A DNA stretch of 63,530 nt, filler included, from Cercozoa sp. M6MM (lineage: Eukaryota; Protista; Endomyxa: Ascetosporea), in NCBI GenBank assembly GCA_040357565.1. It is 11 parts of 11 records of this genome, joined end to end, with 100 filler letters (N's around TTAATTAATTAA, not from the genome) between each part and the next. Parts side by side here need not be neighbours in the genome. Positions count along the whole stretch, not along the records: positions 8,091 to 31,941 come from JBDODJ010000165.1; 10 more parts are not named here. One strand, given 5' to 3'. Below the pieces are notes generated by a model, which was given only the letters and a program-made list of their open reading frames with translations, was not told the origin of the DNA and searched no databases. A program made the translations under genes and the position numbers. Shown here one piece after another: positions 16,644 through 29,473 of the stretch (its first letter is position 1; every line of letters begins with the position of its first letter).

Positions 16644-17175
16644 TCTTCTTGGCCGTAGGGGTCTTGGCACGCTTCTTCTGCCGTCGCCGCGGCGTCGCAG
16701 CGTTGCTTCTGCTGCGGCTGTTGCCGTTCAGCTGTAAAAGAGAAGCATCAGCGGCGAGGTGGGGTGGTCGGGTACGAGATGATGCAACAGCCTAAAGAAG
16801 TACCATTGGCATGTGGCTTTTTCACTGCCTCCGCCACTACAAGCCACTTAAAAATCAGTGTGCACGTCGAGACAGTGCGCAGCACGCCTTACTACTTGCT
16901 GAGGAGACGTCTTTCTCGTCCAAATGGACGTTCTGGGACGCATTATTTTTATAAATGCATGGTCACTCTGCGCTCAGCGTCGATCATTTTTGCCGATTGT
17001 TCTGGTGAAGTCTCAAGCCCATAGGTAGTATCCCCAGCTCGTAGGTACCTGCGAGACCTACTGGCGTGTGAGATTTTTGTTTCCCGTGGGCCAGCGGTAA
17101 ATTATCGGCTTTTTTGAAACCGCCGTCAGTTGGGCAGGTTGGCCGTGTGTGCTTGGGGTCGGCGAACGATCGCTC

Positions 17176-17780
17176 ATGATGCGAGAGGAGAGTTCTCGTT
17201 GCCTGAGTGACCAGGATCTACCTCATGACATTGAGGAACTCCGAAATTCGGGTGGTGGGCGTCACTTTGGTGCCCTCCCTTTCTGGTTCTCTTTTTCTGT
17301 ATTTGTCTTTGTTTAGACTGCTGCGAATGCTGTGTTTCTGTGTTTGGATTGTGCAGGCGTGTGTCAGGACGGCTGGGTGGGTCCAATGCTCGATGCGCAG
17401 GTGTTCAAGATTCTCGCCGAGGAGACTCTCGGCTACTCAGTGTATGCCTCGCTTTCTGCCTTCTCTGCCGGTCCTTGCTTTTGCTTCTTCTATGCGAGTG
17501 CTGGGTGACAGCAAGATCTACGGTTGGGATCCCGACTATGGCTACTACCCGGAAGGCATCCATAAGGTACCCACTGGTGTTTGTATATATAATACATCTT
17601 TAGTTAAGTATATATGTATTGATGTGTATGTGGATATAGAGGATCGCAACCGAGAGCGATATCCACGTGAACATTGAAGCCTGGTACTCGGACATTGCCG
17701 ACGACGTCATTGCCGAGTGGGAGATCCGTCGCGCCAGTGTGCAGGTAGTATTGTACCTTCTACCCTCCCCTTTGACCCAT

Positions 17781-17829
<49 letters not shown>

Positions 17830-17839
17830 NNNNNNNNNN

Positions 17840-17893
<54 letters not shown>

Positions 17894-20800
17894 CACACAC
17901 ACACCGCAGGCATTGCCACACCGAGCCTCAGTGTGGAACGGTCTGTTTTTCCCGACGAAACGGTCGATTGAACGGCCGGAACTCATGCTGGAACACTGGT
18001 GTTTACCCCTCTTTGCCCTACTCGTCATTTAGCTTAGTTTACCTACCCCTGTAGGCGAGCATTGACAGACCCCGATGTGTTGAAACTCTTCATGACTGAT
18101 CGCGACATTATCGCCCGTCGATACGACGAGTATGACCCAAACTATTGGTAGCACTTTGACCTTTTTACTCCTTCTTACCCCTTCTACCCCTCCTACCTCC
18201 CTCTTACTCCGGTGTGACACAGGGAGGGCGGCGAAGTACAACATGGCATAATCTGTGCCGACGCCGACGACGGCTGCGTCAATGGAAAGTGGTACGCACC
18301 CAACTGCGAACTGCAACACGAGACTCGCTTGGTGCCTCTTCTACCTCCTCCCTTTCGCCCCTTCCTTTACACCCTTTCACACAGAGACACGACGGCACGG
18401 AGTTCAATCACACATGGAGCGACAACTGCGCCGTTGTGCTTGCCGATGACTTGTGGAACCTGCCCTACTGGATGGTACCCTCTTTCTCTCTCTTGAGCTC
18501 CTTTATTCACCCTTATTCCCTTGGGTTGCAGGCGCAACTAGCACAGAATCTCAATCTCAATCTGAGCATTGCTTACGTAGGCTACTCTGTCAATGAGCAA
18601 GGTACGCTAATGGATTCGAACGACTTGTCTGTGTGTGTGTACACTGTGTCTGTGTGTAGCCTCGGTCCAGCAACCAGACTGGTTAACGCTAATTCAGGAG
18701 TTTGTAGAACAGGACATACTCTTCCTCACCGTGCATTTTCCTTTTTGACCTACCTGACCTGACCTGACCTGACCTTACCGACCTGGTCTGATTGGTGGCC
18801 TGACTGGTGGCCTGACTGGCGTGTGACTTGCCTGGTGTCTAGGTGCTGTACATGCCGCATGAGGCGCTGAGAACCAATGCATTGACGCGGATAACGTTTC
18901 CGCAACCGACTGAGGACTGCTGGGTGGTAGGCCATTCTTTCTTTTTTGCATTCAGCTTTAGTTTTTATTCTGCCTTGTTTTTACGATGGCAGACCACGTC
19001 GTTCACGTCTCACAGAGGCAGCGGTGCCTGTGACTACATGCCAAAAACGATGGTCAAACTGGTCGCAGGAGATCATAATGGTCGGTTGCATTCTCGTATT
19101 GTCAGTTTTCTCCGTGCTAACGTGTGTTTTACAGGCGAGAAACCGCCTCTAAAACAAGAGCATCCGCTGGCTTACGATTTGTTGCGCCGCTACCAGCTTA
19201 CTAATGGTAGTAGACCTGTACTTGCTCAGATGGTTAAGTTTAAACTAAATTTTAGCTTCTTTCTTTTTGGGCTGGCACAGAGGATTTCAACGAGTTGTTT
19301 CTACTGCATGACCAAGGCAACCTCACCGACGAGCAAGTTGCGTACCATTTTTGCTGTTTTTGACACTCTGGGGATGAACTCAAAGTGTGTGAAACACCTT
19401 TCCATTTTTTGTTTTTCCAGTTGCGAGTTTCTGCATCGAAATTGGCCGCGTTTTCGTCAGTCGATTCCGACGATCGTCAACGTTTCTTGCGATGGTAGGC
19501 TTTCCCCTTCACTTTGTCTATCCTTCCGTTTACCTTCTTGCAGTGGTGACGTCGCAGTTCCACCTCAATGGACCTGCTTTGTCGCCGTACGATCCCTATC
19601 AAACTGTACACTTTGGATTTCACTGTCTCCTTGTATTTTTACCCCCCCCCCCCCTGTCTGGACAGGAACGACTGCTGACAGAGTGTTTCCGAGAGGTGGA
19701 GCCGAGTGATTCGGTGAAGGCGACATCGGTGGCAGTGACATCAATCACGACAGTGTTCTGTACTCTGTCTACAGAGCAGGGGGGTGCATAGGGTAGGGAG
19801 TGTATTAGTTTATGTGCACAGTGTTAGTGCTGAGTCTGATGTATCATCGACTACGGCATGAGCGGTTAGTGCGCGCATCGACGCCGACACTGATGATCGT
19901 CGTTGCGACTGGCGGCTTGCTCGCTCTCAGCTCTGCCTTCTTGATTGGTGCTCCACCCTTTACCTTTACCCCTACCCCTTTATTCCCCTCGCCCTTTACC
20001 CCTCTCCCAGCAGGACTGAACGTGGTGACGCAAGTGGCCTGTACGATGCGGTATTTGCTGGTGCATCTGGGCGCCATCGTGGCGAGTTGCGCACTGCTGG
20101 CCAAGTACCTTGTACTTCTGCCGAGTGTCATAGATGAACAAGCGTGTGGTGTTGTGCAGGCACTACCGACTGCAGTACATTCATCGAAGTCGTGGCATGC
20201 AGTCGCGCGCGCTGAGCGATGCGCAGCTGCTGCTGTTCGTGCTGATCACCGTGATCACGTGTGCCGGTGTGCTGTTCACGTGGATGCAGCTGGCGGCACC
20301 GTCGCCTGGTAGCTCCTTCTCTCTTGAGAAGCAATCGGCAGGGGGGGCATATCGTGAATCGACTGTGCAGATCGCACCTACGAAGACGATGGCTCGTATT
20401 ACATGACGTGTCACTGCGATAACGCATGTCTGACCTTCTCGTTCGCACTGGCCATGTACTCTTTGTCTCTACTCTTGTTCCACTTGCTCTCTTACCATAT
20501 TGCTTGGCAGATTCGAAACTATCCTGGTGCTCGTATTGCTCGGCTTGGTGTTTGTACTGCTGCTCTTCCACTGTCTTATAAATTTAGATGAATATATACA
20601 CATGTAATCATCAGATATATACATATATATATATATGTGTGTGTGTATATAGAAATGAATGTGTGTGTGAGCAGCTGGGACGCAACGTGCGACGTGAGTA
20701 CAACGAGGCGCGCAACGTCTTCATGACCGTTTTCGTGGCGCTGATGTGCGTCGTTGTGGCCGTGCCGATCACCTACATGTTCAGCACGCGCAGCAGCGAG

Positions 20801-21458
20801 CTCCTGGCGCAGGTGCTCTCGCTCTGCGTATGCGTCGCCATGACGTCCGGCGTGCTGCTGCTGCCGCGGATTCGGCAAACGCTGGCCGACCGGCAGCGGC
20901 GCAATCAGCAGCGACAGCGCATGCGCGCGGCACAGGAACTCGACCGCAAAAACCGACTCAGGAAGGAAAAACCGCAGGGCTCCACTTCGACTGACGTGGC
21001 CCGACAGCAATCTCGCGCTTCCGGCGAAACGTCCTCGCATCCTAGTCAACGTGAAAGCCTCTCTGACTCCGCACGAGTGCGTTTGCGCTTTTCTCTGGTT
21101 TTCCGTGTTTTTGGGGGTTTTGTTCTGCGGCCAGCTGAAAATGGAAAGGTATCTTCATGACGTGGGTCTAGACTGACGATGATTGCTCCGACTCGAATGA
21201 CGCTTTCAACTCCACAGATGCCACGGGCAGCACACTCGAACTCGAGGTATGTGTAACAGAGCTGTTTTCCTAAACTGAACGGCTTTTTGTTTTTGTTTTT
21301 GTTTTTGTTTGCAGATTCACCGAGCGGACGAGCACGCCGCTGTGTCGCTGAATTCGCTGGATTTTGCGTCCACCGATTCGATACCAACGAGGCTCGACTC
21401 GCAAGCACGTCTCGCCAGAAAAAGGCCTTGCGACTTCGCGCTTGCCGGGCAAAGATAG
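17176..21458 (+). CDS. Class C (7tm_3, GABA-B-like) GPCR with an N-terminal OpuAC/glycine-betaine-binding-like (PBP type 2) domain, more than 20 exons
   Basis: Ectodomain W..PMLDAQVFKILAEETLGYSV, IEAW, LMLEHWRAL, LNLNLSIAYVG, RITFP...C, GACDY...MVKLV, ACEFL..NW. 7TM region RLVRASTPTLM, C..RY, LLAK.YRL..I, RNVRREYNEA, LLLPRI. Start and last exon are approximate. Confidence 0.8.
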
Positions 21459-21769
21459 CCCGGGATAAAAGCATACTCTCTGTCCGAGTCAGTCACCTGT
21501 CGCGCGTTCGCCTTTGAAAATTATGTTCCATAGCACAATTAAGTGGTCTCAGTGTACTGTACTGTTGTCCAGTCGCACAGCGCGGTGGTACCAAATGCAC
21601 ACAGAATCTCGCTGATCGATTTAAACCTGACTGGAGTGGTCGGTAACTGAAAAATGGGATCGGTCATTTGATCTTTGCAACTGTGCTAGAGCCTAACGAG
21701 CTTCGCGTGAGGTGCGTTGCGTGTATGGTCGAGCTTTGGCGTAAAGTTCTTTTGCCGGATATCGTCAGA

Positions 21770-22536
21770 AATGCCCGCTGTGGCACCTTTTGACGTGTTT
21801 TTTAATACAAACGTGTGTGTGCGTAGTGCTGGCCGTGGTGCCTGCCGGCGCATTTTGTTTCCTCAGCACCGTGATATTGTTGTACATAAAGGTGTGTTCC
21901 TTCTGCGTGAACAAGAAGGGGGTGTGGTTTTCTATTGCATTGTGGGAAGGTACTTGCGCATCGGATTGAGGAAGCAGATATCAGGAACCTTGATAGCGCC
22001 GTGCTGCGAATAAGTACGGCAAAGTTTTGCCGTGCTGAAACAGAAACTGCAGCGGTTGGCAGCACCGAGGTACGATGCTCGAACGAACGGCGTTCACCGG
22101 CACAAGGTATTTTTTCGTAAATTTAAATTACTGCTCGTTCCAACTGAATGACCGTTCGAATTCTCCGCCTTAATCTGACTGATGCACCCGAAGTGAGGAA
22201 CGAGCGCATATCCGAGCTGCTAGAACCGGTCTCTGGGTTCACAACACCCATGCAAACCAGTCCGAGTCTGCAAACCGATGAGGTTCGACACCGCTGTTTT
22301 CTGGACTAAACGCGTGGAGTGGGGGAGGTGTTTCCGTGCAGGTGCTAATCGATATGGACGACACATTCGTGAGACACGCTGACTTAGACGGTACAGTTGT
22401 GCAGTGCAGTTTTCGCATGACTAACGCTCAGTGTGTGCTTTTATTTCGCCCAGGCGCCGACGTTCTCACGGCGGACGCACAGAGTGCCGAACGACTCGGC
22501 AACGCCAAGATCGAGCTGCAGCTCGTACCATCATAG
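21770..22536 (+). CDS. Small single-TM protein of unknown function
   Basis: Exons LAVVPAGAFCFLSTVILLYIK | VLAHRIEEADIRN... | ...IELQLVPS-stop with GT-AG introns. Confidence 0.35.
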
Positions 22537-22888
22537 ATACAATTTTGCAGTCCTGAAATGACCGTATTCTACTGCACACACAGGCAAGAAAACCGTCACT
22601 TCGATCGTCTCTTTTGGCAAGGGGACGCTCGATACCACCGTCACGACCTGCAGCAACAACAAGCAACATAAAGGTATCACTTTTCTTTGCCGTCTGAGTT
22701 GAATCCACCCAAACACATTTTTTCGTTGTGCAGCCGTCACAAAGAAGGCAGAACGGGCAGCGCCCAGCGGCAGCAGCTGCGAAGGCAAAAGCAGGCACCA
22801 ACTCGAAACCGCAACAACGAAGAATAACCAAAATCGCGGTACAATTTTCTAGTATGATTTAAATTCTGCTCAGTTTGCGAAATGTCGA

Positions 22889-23940
22889 ATGAGCACACTC
22901 GAGTTTAGACCACCAGTCGCACAGTTATCATGCATGAGGCTCTGTCGTGGTCGTCATCATCGTCATCGACACACCAACAAGAGCAAATCGGGATCGACCG
23001 CTTTCAGATGTCGAGTCATTGTCAATGTCCGCGCGGCATCTCGACTGACGCTCCTGCTGGTCAGTTCCAAACTGGAGACAGCAATGTACGTTAGATGCCA
23101 ATCTAATGAACTCAAGTGGAGCTACCTGGTTTGTGCAGGAGGATTCCGACCTGGAACTGCTGAAGCAAAGTCTGAACTTCCCGTTTTTACCGGACAGCGG
23201 CATCGTACCAGATGTGTGTTTCACACTCTCTTTTCTCTCTTTATTCACTGATGCATGCAATTTACTCCCAAGTGTCTTTCGGTTGCTAAATTTAGTTCCT
23301 GTCAATTGAGGACACGGACAGCTCACCGACACCCGTAAATGAAGCGGGTGCGGAGAACGAGTTCTCACGAGTCGGCAGAAACCACGGCGGCAGAAGGAGT
23401 CTCAACGAGAGCGACGCCAAGCACCAAGGTTTTGCTGCACACATGCATCAGCGCACCAAATCAACGCCGGTCGTTTCGCGCACTGACGGTATTCTACAAC
23501 TCCTCCCTCCCCCTGGTGTGATTCGTACCTTATCCTCTCGTTGCAGGAAGCAAGCTGGAGGTGCCTCGTGCTTCAGTAGGAAGCACTCGCAAAGTGCTTT
23601 CGCGCGAAGGCAGCGGTGTCCTCGGAGTCAAGGCGTCCCCTGTCGTATACCTATCCCTATGCAGACACAGACATAAAAGAAATAAGTCTGTGGGGTTCAG
23701 GTGCTTCTCAAAAAAGACGAACACGGCCAGCTCTCTCGGGAGCATTCAGTGGCCCTATCACGCAGTGCGTCCAGCAGTCTACCGGACTGACGTCGACTTG
23801 GCGGACGGACTCGACTCGACAGCTGTGTATGTACAGTCTGGGCCCGCTCGACCGTGAAGCGAAGGCCGGTGCAGCGCAGACACGAGAAGTGTTCACGGCG
23901 GAGCCAAATCGTCAGATTTCGCCACTTTTTCCACTCTAAA
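22889..23940 (+). CDS. Low-complexity protein of unknown function, multi-exon
   Basis: GT-AG-bounded open segments only. Confidence 0.25.
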
Positions 23941-24450
23941 TTTACGATGTCTGACTAACGTAACATAATGACGGAAGCACTTACTTTTCCGCAACGGCTC
24001 GATACGATACTTCTCGCGTCCTGTACGTCGCTTTGACGTCAAGTCGCCGACGCTCTCTCGCTTGGGTTAACCATACTTTTAATCGATATCGCAGCCGAGC
24101 GACAGTTTCGTCGTCTAAATTTTATCACAGCGTCGTCTGTTAGTACAACTTTAGCTTTTTGCAGTCCTGTCGGTCTTGCCCGAATCAGACTTGGCGTGTT
24201 TTGCATTGAGGTCACCAAGATGAGACAAGCTCCTGTGTTCTGTCCTACGCTACTCGACTGTGGAATTAAGTCAGCAGTTTCTGCATTAGGAACCGAAAGC
24301 AACATAACAAACGGGACGCACCTGAACGGAAGTACAAGTCAGCAGTGCTAGCTACAGTACGTCGAAGCAAAGAACGCTGGAGATTATCAAAGTGAGGCCA
24401 GTCGACACTGCCATGATATTTATTCTCCGTTGCAGACTCCTCAAGGAGCC

Positions 24451-25335
<885 letters not shown>

Positions 25336-25874
25336 ACTTCTTCGATCCTGTTAAACAAAGCCGATATTCGTGTACGGCACAGTATTTCGTTGCTAGAAGT
25401 GCTCTTACTCGAAGTGACAATGAGTCAATACACGCAGATGATGTCTACGGCTGTGCCGTTTTGCACGATAGGATCGGATCGATTCGAGAGGTGGTCAGTT
25501 TCAACAGCTTCCGTCGCTCGGAATACCACACTTTCCGCCTTTTTGTTGACTTCTTGTTGTTCCGTGCGGAGGCGACAAGCACTTCTTTCACGAAGCTTCC
25601 CCACGATGGTTTAAGCAGGAAGTATTATTCTCCGTGATGGATGTTGCTCTTCGATAAGATCGTCGATTTTAGCCACGCCCTAAGCAAAACCTGCTCATAC
25701 TGCGGCCTAGCGTACCGTACTGTACCTCCGCTTGCATTGATCAAATTGAAAAGACCGGATCCAGGTCAAACTTGTTCACCGGTCAGTTCAGTTTGTCACT
25801 GTTGAACGATCATGTCTGGCAGCGTTGGTTTCTTCGTCTCGTGACTTTAGCTGGGCTGCATTATCAGGACGCAA

Positions 25875-28849
25875 ATGTCGTACTTTGAAGAGTCTACGCA
25901 AAAATGGCAGGTTGGTGAGTTTTTTTTTTGAACAGTCTCAGTTGCCACTAAAAGTCTGAATGTCCAAAATGTGCAAACTGTCGGATAGCTGGGGCGTTCA
26001 CTTTAAGCGCCCTTGTCCTACTGGCAGTTTTGCTGCGAGTGCTGAAATCTGTTGATAGCGGAATGCACGCGCGCTTAAAGCAGACGTTGCAACGTTGGCC
26101 AGATTCCCTCTTCTCAGCTCCCAGGCTAAAATGTTGTTTCATTTCATCAGGAACCAAGCGAATGCGATTCCGACGCCACAGTTTGCGCTTCAACTACCAC
26201 ATAAAGGTGAACTTGCATAAGTTATCGATCTGACTGTACTCTCTAGCCGCTAATATCTGGTGTTATCCGCGCGGATGCAATGCTCTGCGACAGGTCAAGG
26301 TCAAAAAGCGGCCACTCCGTACCTTTTTGCTGATTCTCGTCGCAGCATACTACGGTCTCGTTCGAGTGTGGTACCTTATTCGATTAGGATACGTCTGCTT
26401 TGACCTTCAACTCTTCATTTCTTAATTATAAACTTAAGGGCCAAATCGATAATCGAACAGTGGGATGTTCGGCAGTTTTATACTTCACTCATGACGCTGC
26501 AGTATAATCCCACGGCTCTGTCTTTGTCTCTTTGAAAGAGATATGGAGATCTTGCTTGACCAGCATCGTGTTTGCGTCGTATGCACTCCTGGGCTTTGTC
26601 ATTGACAATGTTCTTGCACGCTTCGTAGGATAAACTGTTCCTAATTTACGTGTGGCTGAAAGGGATGTGTGTTTGTCCGGGCAGATCCGTCAAACCGAAG
26701 AGGCCAAGAACACACAAATAGCTGCGATTCTGGCGAGCGATGCTTCCAACGCGACCGTTGAAACACCGGATGTACCGACTGCTGCCTTCTGCAGTAGCCT
26801 AAGCAATCAGTTTATTTTACTGGGTCAGCTGAAACTGTAGAACGCCGACACCGAGGAGTTGATTCGTCGACTGAGGGCCAAAAGTGGCCAGTTATGGTAT
26901 CCAAGTTTGACTGTTCGCAGTGAATTTGTGCTTGGTCGGGCTGTACTGTGTCTCCTGCCTTCAGCACACGTGCGCGTATCCTGCACAACCTGGGAAGAAC
27001 GAGTATGTTGGATTCTGTAGCGACTGTAAGTGTGACTGAGCTGCGTTTGAACAGTGCTCTTTGTGGTGGCAATCGTCACCTGTCTGACTGCTCTGGGCGT
27101 GTCATTGACTTCATTACTGCCAGCCAGTGCACTCATAGTTGCTGCTGCTGTCATGTAACACCGCTTAGTTAAAGTTCAGTTTGCTGGTTTCTTTGACCAG
27201 TTGGACATGATGCAGTGCCTTTGGTGGCTTGTTGCAAGACATCTTTGGCGGCTTGCTTGCACTCATGACAGATTCCTCAACTGTAAGCTAGCCAACTACG
27301 ATAACAACCAAACTATTTGTGTCAACATATCTTAAGTTGTGTGTCAGGTCAATGTTGGAGAATGGGTGTGGTTGGAGAACGTCGAGGGCGAAGTTGTCAA
27401 CGTGTTTCTTCGTTGCACCGCCATCCGTAAGTTTAGATTTACTCAAAGATTCTGGTACGAATGAGCACGCGAGACAGGTGGACTCGACCGAACTGTCTAC
27501 TATGTACGAACAACTTGTGGACGAAATTCGACTGAGAGAAATTTAGCAGAAGCTTGCTTCCCACAGGTACCGAACAGAGCATTGTTGGGCGGAACGATTC
27601 GCAACTGGGATCAACGCGACTACAGGTAAATTTAAGTTTACAGTTTAAGCTGAGGTTACTGCATTGAAACTTTGGCTGTAAGTTTTACAGCGTACAGGAA
27701 CTGCGAATTTTCGTCTGGGTGTTCGTTCAGTTTTTCTTTCATGATCAACTGCAGTCCCCGGCCTTCAATTTCTGATGCACTGTTGAACAGTCCGCCAAGG
27801 GAGTCACTCCTGCGATTGCAGAACTTTTTCGTACCGATTTTTCATCCGTATCTGCCAACCATCGGTAAAATAATGACGCTTGCACTTTTGAGTAGACAGC
27901 AGTCAGAAACGCCGTTCGGCAGGACCGACTGTTATTTGAGCAGCCTGGCCGCGCACTGTAGAATTAAAATCAAGCTTCTGACACAGTGTAGTGTGTGAAT
28001 CCTACTTGCATAAATACTGTAGTATCTTTGTGGACGACTGGGCGACCTCGTCGGCAGTGGGTCCCTACAGTCAGAAAAGCACAGTTCCAGTGGAGGAGAT
28101 TCACCTGCCTGTTGCCACGTAAGCCTCTGTCTTCTTTCACTACATTATCAATTTACTCGCTAAACCTTAGTTTTACTGCTAGAACTTTAATGTGTTAGAC
28201 CACTAAAACTCGTGTTTCGTTTCGCCACTAGACGCGTCTTGGACTGGAGAGGTAAATTGACATGTATAATTTACTGATAGGCAGCCTGGGGAACTGAGCG
28301 AAACTGAATTGAGAAGTAAGTGGAAACTGACAGCTGACGATTCCGCGCGTTCACGAGCGGCTACACTGCTTCTGGCAGCAGGTAAAGGACCCCATCAGAG
28401 GAAAAATGGAAGTGGTGTTGGGTATATGTATGATACACCTGAACTGTTGCAGCTGATGCCGAGGACATTCAAGTCGACTTTGGCCGCAAACTCGACAGTG
28501 TCGCCACCAATGCAGTAAAATAAGATTCAACCATTGATATCGCAAGGCTGAGACACATTATACACGGTAGTGTCACTCACGTGTGTTATCTCAGGCGTCG
28601 GACGAGATGAAGCTTTTGCTGATTCGAAAGGCACCCATCACAGTAGTCAGTACGAACGATGTCAGTGCGAACAATGCCAATGCGAACAATGCCACTGCTG
28701 TCAGTGCCACCAACACAACTGCCCACAACGAGCATCCTCACGTCGACAGTGCCAGCCACCTGCAGTACAACCAGTGTGCCTGTGCTAACGTTGTCGACAC
28801 CGAGGCCGTCGCTGTCTCCGACGCTGCTGCCGTCGTCGTGCGCGACTAG
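25875..28849 (+). CDS. MscS-family mechanosensitive channel, intron-rich
   Basis: Spliced core LFVVAIVTCLTALGVSLTSLLPASALIVAAAVIAFGGLLQDIFGGLL...VNVGEWVWLENVEGEVVNVFLRCTAIRGLDRTVYYVPNRALLGGTIRNW matches MscS TM2-TM3 plus the beta domain. Confidence 0.8.
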
Positions 28850-28979
28850 TACACTTCTGGTTTTTATTTAAGCTAGCGCAGTACCTACTAGTAGATTTAC
28901 CAACTCCAAAAACCCTCAGTTCCGAGTTCAACTGGCAGTGATTCAGTGAACCACCATGCCAGTGATCGCAGACGTGCTA

Positions 28980-29032
28980 GCTACTCGTAGTTCCCCGTAC
29001 TGTATCAGTCCGGGGTAGGTGGGTCACAAGAG
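28980..29032 (-). mobile_element. Diverged second copy of the core of the 60094-60257 element
   Basis: Shares GTAGTTCCCC...CAGTCyGGGGT...GGGTCACAAGAG with 60128-60165, on a different contig. Confidence 0.6.
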
Positions 29033-29182
29033 TTTACAGACTGTGGTACTTACGATATGCATCGCATCGCATGTATATTCTGACGTTTGTCAGTGAAAAG
29101 AACAAAATCAAAGAAGTAAACTTGAGTCAGTCGTCAATTGAAGTGAAGAAATACCCCTTCTCTCCAGCAGCCAAGACATCAG

Positions 29183-29297
29183 CTGGTCAGTTGCTCTGCA
29201 GTTCGTACTGATATCCACCTCTACAATTAAGCCAACTGGTCAGTTGCTCTGCAGTTCGTACTGATATCCACCTCTACAATTAAGCCAACTGGTCAGT
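29183..29297. repeat. Perfect 53-bp tandem duplication with 9-bp terminal microhomology (CTGGTCAGT x3)
   Basis: Units start at 29183, 29236 and a partial at 29289. Confidence 0.95.
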
Positions 29298-29473
29298 GTG
29301 GGTTCATCCCCGCGGAGCTGCATAATCTGAGGCACGGCAGTCTGCAACACAGAGCTGTACAGGCCGGCCGTGTCAGGTCGGCGAGTAATCGTGCGATGGT
29401 CATGCTACGTTTCGCTATGATCAAGTCACCTACGCTATCAAAACGAGCCTACTTGGCGGCGGGGCAAGGCACT

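Noticed and set aside
13461-17213. U3, SRP or RNase P/MRP identity for the two fold-backs
   Set aside because: Only partial motif resemblance; the required boxes (C', SRP helix-8 motif, CR-V) are not in the right places.
27003-27054. Apparent frameshift in the MscS gene
   Set aside because: Resolved by a 52-nt GT-AG intron (A|TG = Met).
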